The notes under the pieces are model-generated. The model was given only the letters and a program-made list of their open reading frames with translations. It searched no databases and had not been told where the DNA came from. Below are positions 53,565 to 64,000 of a DNA stretch of 64,000 bases, piece after piece. How positions within the stretch are numbered: the first letter of the stretch is position 1; every line of letters begins with the position of its first letter. A program made the translations under genes and the position numbers. Source of the stretch: Lama guanicoe. Lineage: Eukaryota. Location: the NCBI GenBank assembly GCA_013239625.1, contig MU054187.1:17600711-17664710 (forward strand), in the 5' to 3' direction.

Positions 53565-53775
53565 AACTTTGAATCCTACCTAGTTTGAATACTACCTCTA
53601 CCGTTTTCTATCTTTATGTGACTTAGGGTAAGTTACTTAACCTCTGTGAGTTGTCTCCTCATATTTAAAACAAGAAAATCACAGGACTGTTGTGAAGATT
53701 AAAGAAGATAACATAAAAAGAGAATTTACCGCAGTGTTTGAAACATAGTTAAGGGTCAATAAATGTTTACAGTTT
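53565..53775 (+). mobile_element. MIR SINE
   Basis: 'tgtgacttagggtaagttacttaacctctgtg...gttgtgaagattaaa...tcaataaatgtt'. Confidence 0.85.
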
Positions 53776-55207
53776 TTATCTTTGTAATTCTCATGGGCAG
53801 TTTACAACCAGATCTCATTTTCACAAATTTTCCCCCAAATTTATGAACATTTTCCTACCCCTCTTCATTTTAAACCAAGCCTTGAAATGACTCTAAACCT
53901 CATGGGAAGATGTCTCATTGCACGTAATCCCAGGGGCGTGAGAAGTTGAGGCTCTGACAATGCGAAGTTGTCAGGCTCTGATGTGGTGGTAGCTGTGGGA
54001 ATTAGACTTAGTTTCTATTTTTAACTCTGCGAGTAGTTGATTGGATGCCCTGGGAAAAGTCAATTGGCTAATAATTCTTCATCCTCTTTTCTTTCTGAAT
54101 TGTACCACATGTCTAATCACTATTTTCACTGACTCATTTTCAGAATATCAAGGTTGTTGAATGAGGGTGTTGATTTCAGAAGCAAATGTCATAGAAAATG
54201 TGACGGTTCCCATTCTTAAAAGCAATAGTTGACAATTTTTTTGTCTTTTTTTTTTTTTTTTGTAATACAGTGTCGAAATTCCTGGGAAAGGTCAACTTTA
54301 ATTTAAAAAGAGTTCTTAACATTCACTTCCTCTAACAAAAGCCATTGAAGATAATCCTGTTAATTATCTTCTTTATACCGGAATCTTTTTTTTTTTAATA
54401 TGTAACTATTGAAGAAGTTTCTTATTGCTAATGCATATCATTAAATTGTCCAAAAAGGAAAATTAACCTGTAACTCCATTGTACATTATATACAGAGGGC
54501 TCTTTTTGGTATGTGCTATCTTTCTATTTTACTGCAGCTCAAAGAATTTAGAGAGAACATGTGGGCATTTTAATACTGTCTTGTTCATTACTATGTGCTA
54601 CTGATGAGATTCAATCAGTAGCAACACCTTTAAACTGAAATCAAAAATACAGCCTCAATTAATGTAAAACATTTAGTACCAGCAACACCTGCTATAAAAA
54701 TTGCAGTTAGTACACACACATGCTTCAGTATGATAAGAATTTTTGTTGGGCTTGAAAAGCACATTAATTTTACGTTTTTTCTTATATGACTTTTTAAGAT
54801 TGATATAGAGAATTTTGGTTTAAGGAAACAAATATAAAAACTGCCTAGAGCCTTCCATTTAATATGTTAAGCCAAGTGAGAATTTTGTGGTAATCAAACA
54901 CTCGAGCCAAATTTTCAATAATTTATTTCACCTGGTAGAGCCTAATCATGTATACTTTATTCTTTCAAGTAAAAAGTGTAAAACATATATACAGTGTAGG
55001 AGTAAGTTTGTGCTAAATTTCCAAACCAATATTTTTAATCCCTGTTTGAATATTGAAATTATTAGCTATTCACCAAAGGTTTGAGGCATAGATTTTGGGC
55101 ATAGTCTTATTCTAAGGTGAGATGTTGCATACAATGAAAATACCTGTTTTTAAATAAGTATACAAGTACGTGAATATATACACATATATTATACAAAAAT
55201 TTATATA

Positions 55208-55659
55208 CAGACATTCTCCAAATTAAAATGGTTTGATTTGTGATTTTTCAGCTTTACAGTGGTATGAAAGTGATATGAATTTAGTAGAAACTATACTTCG
55301 AATTTTGAGTTTTGATTTTTTTCCAAGGCTAGCGACACGCAGTCTGATGCTGTCTTGTGATGCTGGGCAGCGGCAGTGAGCCATTGCTCCCAGTCAGCCA
55401 CGGCATCACAACAGGGACACTTAACAACCATTCTATTTTTAAGTTTCTCTACAGTATTCAATAAATTACATGACATGTGTCAGATGATTTTGCCCAACTA
55501 GAGGCTGATGTGAGTGTTCTAAGCACATTTAAGATAGGCTAGGCCAAACTAGGATGGTTGGTAGATTGGGTGTATTAAATGTATTTACAACTTAACGATG
55601 TTTTCAACTGACGATCGGTTTATCAGGATGTAACCCCATAGTAAGTCAAAGAAAAGCTG
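55208..55659 (-). mobile_element. Tigger5b/MER47-like DNA transposon
   Basis: TA-flanked CAG...CTG ends; 'ggtttatcaggatgtaaccccatagtaagtc'; collinear with 12747-13243. Confidence 0.88.
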
Positions 55660-58309
55660 TATTATATTTAACCAATTATGTGTGTGAATAAATATGTATA
55701 TATATGCATGTATATATGTCTGTTTTCATGAATGTTCTTCTATTTCAAATATTTGATTATATTTTAGTTAGATTTCATTTAAAATAAACAGATATGTTCC
55801 TGGAGAAGAAGAATTTGAAGAATCTTTGTTTTTAGAGTAAAGTTTTACAAAGAAAACTTATTTTTTCACTGCCTGTTTATTTTTCAAAAGATAAAAGAGT
55901 ATTTTTTAAATTTCAAAGTGATTCTTTAAGATAGGAATATAAGTATGTATTTACCTATTTCAGGTTGCTATATATGTTATATATACATGTGTATATATAT
56001 ATATATTTCTATTTATATACTTAAATGTTTTTAAACTTGATCTTACTGGGTTATAATTATTATCCAATTATGTGAGAACAGTGGTATAGTTGCCATTCGG
56101 CTTGGAACATGCTTCTGATTCATTTAATTATATTTTGTCCATTAGGTAGGTACTTTGGCCTTCCATCAGCTTTTTTGTTTTGAGGAATTCATTTTACAAT
56201 GCATAAGAAATTACTCTTCTACATCTATATTTCATGCCATAATTTTCTAGTGTCTCACAAAATCCCAATTTGGAATGTTCTTATTTGAATAGTGTTTCAG
56301 AATAGAGACTTGTCCCTTTTTGAATCATCAGATCTGTTCATTAGGTATTTCTCATTTTTTCTGTTGGAAAATGATTCGGGAAAGAAACTTGTAGTATGGA
56401 ACATTCCAGTTCTTTTTCTAAACTTAACCCCTAAGAAAAATGCACTCTCATAATAAAACTAGAAATATGAGAGTGGCAGTTACATAGTCCCAAATTAGGA
56501 CATAGACCCAATTTACAGTAATTTTTTTAAGTAAGAGAATAAAACTTTGGCATTTATTTTAGTCTTCCCCATCACCCTAACTCAGGTGGTATACTATTAA
56601 CTAGATTTTTTAAAATAGCCATTTGTTGATTAATCATGTCTATTTTGTTCATTTTATCTTAGTTTCATAACACTTCTATACAGAAGCTTATTAACAAACA
56701 CCATGAGTTGGATTGTTGGGTTTTCTCCTGTTTTCATATGATTAGTTCTATGATTTAAACATGCTTAAAGGCCAGACCTCTAAATTAGAAAATATAAACA
56801 CAATAAAAAAATTTAAAAAATTTAACTCTTAATACATTTCTCTTAATGTTAAAGACATATAATCTTATAGAAGTGTGTACGTTTGGGTGTGTTATAAATA
56901 AAAGCAGTATGATTAATCATGTATTAATTTATATTACCAGAAATTCCTTCTAAATCCTTTTGAGTATACAAACATTGATGATATTTCTTTTCTGTTTTCA
57001 CTTTATTAATTTAAGAATGTATTATACATGTAATATTTCATATAAACACTGCATCAATTGTAATACTAGTTTAGAAATTTTAATTTGGTATGTATATATA
57101 CTAATTTCTGTTTGAAATTACTGCAACTTTAGGGTCAAAATTAATGAAGGTTATTGGTATTATTATGGTTTCTAATTAATACATTATAAATATTAATAAT
57201 TATATATACTATAAAAATTAATAAATTATAAAGACAAAAATATCCTTGGCTTAGAGTTTCTGCTCTATCAAACACAAACTAAGATGTCTCTTGGATATCA
57301 GTAAATGATATATTTTAGAGCATTGCCTATGAAATGACTTATCAAAGGTTAGCAGCAAACTTTGACAATAAAATATACGTGATATTCTACTTTTGCAAAT
57401 TTGTTGTGTCACACAAAATACGATCTAAATAGCTAACATATGACTCAGTGTTCAGTCATTCTCCATAATATGCGTATTACCAATTATTAACAGAATATTA
57501 GGTAGGCAACAATGCTGTAATATTTATTCAGACTTTTATTTAAAGTCAAGTATAATCTGTTTGTCTATAGTGCTTTTATATCTACCACCTCACTTAATTA
57601 GAAGGAAGTTTTCTAAAGCTTTCATGTCAACTTTTAAATGAAGTAGTCCTTATTTAACATTTTTAATTTAAAAACTACTAAAAAAATTTACACAGTTTTA
57701 AATCAAATATAAATATTAGAATTGTGTAGGCAGTATTTGAAATTATCAAACACAAAAACATAGGGGTGTCCTTTAGAATGCATGGATTTCTAATACATTT
57801 ATTTAGGTTATCTATGCTGAACTTTATTTATTAACATAATAGCTCACAGGTAATCTATTCTATTAAGTATTTTAAGATGCTTATAATGGGAAACAATATA
57901 GAAACTAAAATTAAAATTTATTTCTGTGAATGTTAAGTGAAAAGAATGTTAAAAACAAATAGAGCATATTCACAACTTGGTTTTGAATATCATACATACA
58001 GTAAAAAGACTCAAAAGAAAATTTAAAAATCATTTACCAATCATTTACTCAAGAAGTATAGTAAGGGTTATCTTTACTTCCTTTTGATCTCATGCTGTAT
58101 TTCCAAATTCATTGCAATATCTATGTATTACTTTAAAAACTGTTTAAGAAATATGCCACTTTGGATGAGTTTTTTAACATCTAAACATTGCCAAATGTTG
58201 TTAAAATGTCAATTTTTATGTAGATTTCTGAAAGATCCAAGCTGGCCATAAAAATACTGAATATATTAGAGGAGGGGGAATTTTCCCTCATCCTGAAATA
58301 ATGATAATT

Positions 58310-58550
58310 AGTAGTATTTTTTAAAGCACTATATAATTTTCAAAGCATGTTTATGTACATACTCCCATCAGACCATCCTAACTATCTAGAGTTAGGAGAA
58401 AAAAGATAAAACTTATTTTGCAGATGGGAGAAATCCAAGTTCTTGAAGTTTAGCAAATTGCCCATTTAAGCAGTGCACAGTTTTTAAGTTGCAGGGCCAG
58501 AATTCAAGCCTGTTTCATGCCATGGCCAATCTGCTTTCCTCTATGCTGTA
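58310..58550 (-). mobile_element. MIR fragment
   Basis: 'ttattttgcagatgggagaaatccaag...ttaagttgcagggccagaattcaagcc'. Confidence 0.6.
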
Positions 58551-58926
58551 GGAACTGGACATGTTTAGAGATAATCACAAAATGGAAACAGGCTGGAATC
58601 TGCAACTAGTTACAAATTTACCTGTAGACCTCACTGGAGCCTGAACTATGAAAATCTATATGGATTTCTTTCTTCAGTCCAAAGAAATGGGCAAGTTGAA
58701 TAAGTTTCTAGGTTTAATTTAGAAAAACTCTATGATATCTGTTTTTTTCCACCATGTTTGTGTATCTTGTGTCTACCAACTTCTCCAAAGAACCATGCCT
58801 CCTACCTAAGGGATCAAACTGCTTAATAAACAAACATTGACAATGTTGATGTTAACCTGAATTAAATAATATACCAACCTAATTTGCATTGACATAATGC
58901 TGACATTCATGAGATGATATCATTTT

Positions 58927-58931
<5 letters not shown>

Positions 58932-58963
<32 letters not shown>
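58932..58963. repeat. (CA)n microsatellite
   Basis: Read directly. Confidence 0.95.
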
Positions 58964-58968
<5 letters not shown>

Positions 58969-59739
58969 TTAACTAGGTCTAAGTTAAGTAATAATTTTTC
59001 CTGCAGGCTAGAACATTATTTATATAATTGCAACACATGGCCATATAATCTCTTATTTTAAAAAGTAATAATTAAAATTCACAGAAAATTCTCTCCTATA
59101 ACTACATTGGACAATTGTAGTGTATTTCACTAAGTTTCTGTTAAATATAAAGCTATTTTAAATAGGTCATTTACGAGATCTGTCTTAGTATTTTTATGCT
59201 CCTGAAATATCACTATAACCTGCTTTTTAAAATAGTCTGACACCTACCAAGTATTCTTTTACCTCCTACAAGAAAGCAAGAAAAAGAAAGCATTTATGTT
59301 TTTAATTTTAGTGAAAGGTTCTTGATTTAAGAATTAGTCATTTGCTGTCATTTGCGTTTCAAGCATTCTGTAAGTACTTGAGGTTCTTTCTGTATGACTT
59401 CTCCAGAGTTTTCACATGTATCATTAATTTCATCTTTCACTTGGGATTAGTAAAATCAAAAGGTTTATTTACTACTATTCCTTAGTTTCCTTCATTTCAA
59501 ATATTCAAGGCCTTCTCAAAAATAATTTTATGGTCTTATATTATTTGTTAATAATAGATAATGTCAAGAAATTGTGATTCTGGTTTTCAGTTAAAAAAAC
59601 AAACTGAGAAACTAAAGAAATAATTACTATCACATTTTTTTCCTACATCTAGCTAATCAGATAGTCATATCAGTGAATGTTAGATTTTGAGGCTATGAAT
59701 CCTGGTACTAAACATTTTATATATTCTGAGAAGTGAAAA

Positions 59740-59980
59740 ATAATACTTATTATGCTTCCTCTGTGCTAAATACTGTTTTAGAACCAAATGGAATTCCCCC
59801 TCACAACCATCCTAAGAGGTAGGCATTACCTAAGTAGGTATTAATACCTATTTTACAGATGGACAAACTGAGGCACAGAATGATTAAACTATTCATGATC
59901 ACACAGCTAGTAAGGCACAGATACAATGTTTAAAATCAAGTCTCTGTTTTGGTGAGAGTCTACCTTCCCAACCCCTATAA
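59740..59980 (-). mobile_element. MIR SINE
   Basis: 'cctcacaaccatcctaagaggtagg...cctattttacagatggacaaactgaggcacaga...atcacacagctagtaag'. Confidence 0.85.
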
Positions 59981-62900
59981 TGGATATAAGATTTCGATCC
60001 CTACTGTTTGTTATATGCCCACTTACTTTGTGGAAACAAAGGGAGGGAGGAGGAAGGGAGAAAAGGAGGAAAGGGAAGAAGAAAAGAAGGCGGACTAGAG
60101 GGAGGCAGGAAAATTGTCAAAATTCTGCCAGCTTGTTGATACTATGTGTTATATAGCTCATAATAAGATTCAATTTAAGGATTTGTAGAGATTTACACAG
60201 AATAAATAATTTTAAATTTCCTCAAGTGAAGTCTCTGGTAATATTATCAGAAGGGGATAGCAAATGAAATTCTATTTAATTCTAATCATAATGAAAATGC
60301 TATAACATGCTTATATTTGGAACAAAAACAGTTCTATTAATTCTCACAGTAATAATTCTACCTTTTCTTAAAATTACTATCATTTTTTTCACCCTTAACA
60401 CAGCTTATTTAGTTTTAGTTCCTACCCTTTTTCAAAAGTCCATAAATTTTAGTTAGGCTTAAATCATAGGAAAAGTGAAGTTTAGAGCCTGTAGGAGAAA
60501 GGAAACACCCCACCTTGCCATGCCATGCCCAGCTCTGTCCATTTCTATCAGACTTACTCGAACAAGACAGGAGGAATTACTCTTACTATTCAGATTTAAT
60601 TGAACATTCACTGAGCCACATTTTACTATTACAGAGGGTCACCTGTGTTTGTTTAAAGGTATACAGTGACGGTTCCCAGATTTTTTCTTGTCTACTGCCT
60701 GGTCCTATGAGAGCAGGGAAGTAGAGTGAAGATGCTCAAAACCTAGACCTCAGTCTCTTTTCTCTGTTAGTTCCAGGGTGGGCTTAATCCAGCAGAACAG
60801 TGGACTCTTCTGTGTTTCACTGGCTATTTCCATGCAGCTCCGTTTTGAGCCTGGAAAATCTTGCATGGTCTCTCATCAACTTCTTTCTTCAGAATGTACT
60901 AAGAAAATGGTAACATGCCCCCCGTAAGCCTTTACCACAACTCTGACTCAGGGTTATCAGGAAGTAATTCCAAATCTCAGACATGTTCTGTATCTTAATC
61001 AACAATAAACTATTTATAGTTAACATTTACTCTGGATTATTCACGTGTTCTAATGCCACTGGAAACTGCTTCTGTCTTCATGTGCTTAAAGCTAGGATAA
61101 GGATGGATCTTATTACGATAGTTTAGAAATTTTAATTGGTGATTATGTAGCAGGCACTCTTCTAGGTATGGGTGATGAGTTAAACAGAGCAGTTACAATC
61201 CACGCTCTAATTTTCAACAAGATTGTTAAGAAAGAGTTCTTAACATTAAAATTCAAACAGGACAAATGTACAGAAATCATACACAATAAAAAAAAGTCAG
61301 TTTAATATGCATGGTTGGCATTTTGGAGATAGAAGAAATCTAGCAAAAGTTTTACAAGATTAATGATACATATAGTCAAGTTGAACTTTATTTGAATCAA
61401 GCTTTTTTTTTCAAACCAAGTAAAAACATTGACAGTAATTATGCAACTTTATAGTTCCTTATTTAGTAAACATAGGGTGCTTTGACTTATGATATGAGGC
61501 AATTTTAATATTTTGAGGAACGATCCTTTAGCATTTTGGAAATCAGTTTTTTTCATTGGTGAAAATTCTAATATTTGCCCATCAGTTTTATTTCATGTCT
61601 CCAAAATTGGATTAAACTGTCCAATTTTAAATGAAAAACTGGCATATTATCTGTTGACCCTACAGTTCCTAGTTTTATCATAAGAAAAGGTAGGTGAGAG
61701 GAATCCCCAGCTTACATTTGAAATTGAATTCTGAAAGTCTTTTTCTGATTCATTAGTACATGTTGATATTACAACATTATTTGCAATGACAGAGGACACT
61801 GTCAAGTTGTTATTAGCATTCATTCCAGCAGTGGGTTTTGAGAATGTAATAGTTTTTTTTTAAACTACTTTTCCTCCTCTTGATCCATGATTCCAACTCT
61901 AAAAATATCTTGATTCATTCATATCTCATACATTCAAGAAATAATTATTGATCACATGTATTATTCTAGATATGAAGCTGGTCACTAGGGAGTCAAAGTT
62001 GACTTGGCTCCCAAGGAGACCCCAGTGAGCATTTGCTTCTTACTCTTCAAGTGCCATCGATCCTGTGCAATCAGAAGTAATAAGGAATTAAGTAGCATTC
62101 ATACCATAATTAAATGTAGATTGAGCCAGATGATTTTCAAAAATCAGGTTTAATCAGACAAAGCGCAAGAATGTTTTTTGGGATTTGTCCCTGATGAGCA
62201 TCGTTATCTGTCTTTGAGATGCAATAATAGAAGTCAGGGAGTAATTTATCAATTTGCGAACCAAGATGAATGATGTTTCCTCCTTTAGTCACTGACTTTC
62301 TGCAGACAGCCAAGGCACTTCCACTTTCACAGCCAAGAAATCACCAGTAAATAGCAGTGTTGGTAGATGCTGGATTATTTACTGCCATGGGTTTGAGAAT
62401 ATCAGTGAGCTGCATTTTGACTACTTGTCAAGCATTTTGACATCTTGGGACAGAAAGTGCTATTTAAATATAAAGAGCATTTTCTGTTGAATTGCTGTTA
62501 GTCACCCCTATGAGGAAATGATCTATTAAGTAACAGATCAGAGTATGGGAGAACTGTCATGATATCAGATTGATTTCTGCTAAAGAGACCTTCAAGTAAC
62601 TACGTGTTTCGATTTGTGGCTGTTTTCAATCATTCGTAAATGACCGCAGTAAAAACTCGATATAAAAAGCTATTTGAATTTACTTTCCAGAATACTTCCC
62701 TGGGATTCTCTATCTCTCCTTCTTGCTCTCGTTCCCTCTCTCTCTCACTCCTTCTCTCTCAGACCAGGAGAGCAATGGGTCTCAAGCTCTAGTGCGAATC
62801 AGAAGGCTTGTCAAAACAAGGATTTCCAGGGCCTCAGCTGGGAATTTGCATTTTTAACAAGTTTCTAGGAGATACTTTGACTGCTCAAATAAAAGGAATG

Positions 62901-63479
62901 GGAATTTAGGAAGTGGAAAGGAGAGCGATAAAAAGCTGAAGGCAACCTCAGGGAACTCAGCTCACAGAGCGGCCCAAGCTGTTTGGGAATGTAATCACTA
63001 CTGCCCCGGGGAGCTTATTCGAGGAAAATGGCTCTCCTCTTTGTAAGCGATTGGCCTAGGGCAGCGTGTGGAACTCCTAACCTTCCCACTCTTAAGCCCA
63101 GGTTTGCAGTTAATGAACCATTTAACTCCCTTTGCTCGTCTTTCTCAGACTTAAAATAGTAATCGTAATTTCTCTCCCCTACTTTTAAAAAACAAGACAA
63201 AACAAAAAATATACAAATCTTTATGGTCTTTCCCTATATGTAAAGTTCTTTGGATTTATCCATCCACCACCACAATGTAGCCAAGATGAGCTACAAAAAT
63301 TTAGCAAAATTTTTCTTTCCATAAATATTTAAGGCTTTTAAGCTGAACTATTTAGCAGTAAATACCAAATACCTGTTCTCTACTATCTGGGGCTATATAT
63401 TTTCTTGACTCTGCCTAACAGGTGAGGAGCCACCAGGGAACAAGTGCTCAAAGAGACTCTAAAAAACCCTATCTAATCT

Positions 63480-63978
63480 GCACCCCACTCCGCTCCACTA
63501 CCAGCTCTCCACTGTATGCCCTGCTCTTCTCAGTCCACACCAGGAACACCAGCATCCTTTCTGTGCTTTCAACACTTGGCATTTTCCCATCCCAAGGCCC
63601 CTGCATTTACAAATTCATCTTCTAGAAATGTTCTAGAAAAGTAACTCACACACGTATAAATAGAATATTATACTAGCGGGTATGATAGTAGATAGGATAA
63701 GACTACAAGCCTCTGGTCAAATGTCACCACATCAGTGAGGCCTTGATCATCCTATAAAAAATTACTTTTGTGCCTGCCTGTGCAGGTGCACACACTGAGC
63801 CATCCCACCCCTGATTTACTTTTCTCCATATATTTATTCCCATCTGCCAAATAGTGTATTTTTTGGTATTGATTTATTTTCTGTCTCTCCAGATAGAAAG
63901 CAAATTCCATGAGCATAAGGTATTGGTTACAACAATCATTGACACATAAGAGCCACTCAGTAAATATTTCAAGAATGA
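63480..63978 (+). mobile_element. LINE-2 3' end
   Basis: 'ggtcaaatgtcaccacatcagtgaggcctt', 'caaattccatgag', 'gacacataagagccactcagtaaatatttcaagaatgaa'. Confidence 0.75.
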
Positions 63979-64000
63979 AAAAAAAAAAGGAAGGTGCTAT

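Noticed and set aside
12747..55659. Two co-oriented Tigger5/MER47 copies as the ends of a composite element or duplication
   Set aside because: The copies are diverged with different indels and share no flanks; independent ancient insertions of an abundant family
1..64000. Short ORFs in the supplied track as host genes
   Set aside because: All are 143 aa or shorter, many start at non-ATG codons or lie in repeats or microsatellites; the only recognisable ones are L1 fossils

Overview
AT-rich mammalian genomic DNA, very probably camelid (alpaca/llama/camel): two tRNA-derived SINEs match the camelid Vic-1 type and the young L1 3' ends look cetartiodactyl. I can support no protein-coding host exon, rRNA, true tRNA or CRISPR array. 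The only ORFs with recognisable homology are decayed LINE-1 ORF1/ORF2 fragments. The landmark is a CpG island (~39.9-40.6 kb) holding a probable + strand non-coding first exon (donor AAG|GTAAGC at 40502/40503) of a gene I cannot name. Upstream is ~40 kb of apparently intergenic DNA; downstream is probable 5' intronic DNA with a few candidate 5'UTR exons. The rest is interspersed repeats (L1, L2, L3/CR1, MIR, MER5, MER119, Tigger5/MER47, LTR33-like, an ERV1-like solo LTR) and microsatellites, including two multi-layer nested insertions. Repeat subfamily names are from recalled consensus sequences and need RepeatMasker/Dfam confirmation. I found no convincing novel biological system; the findings are modest regulatory and transposon-history hypotheses.
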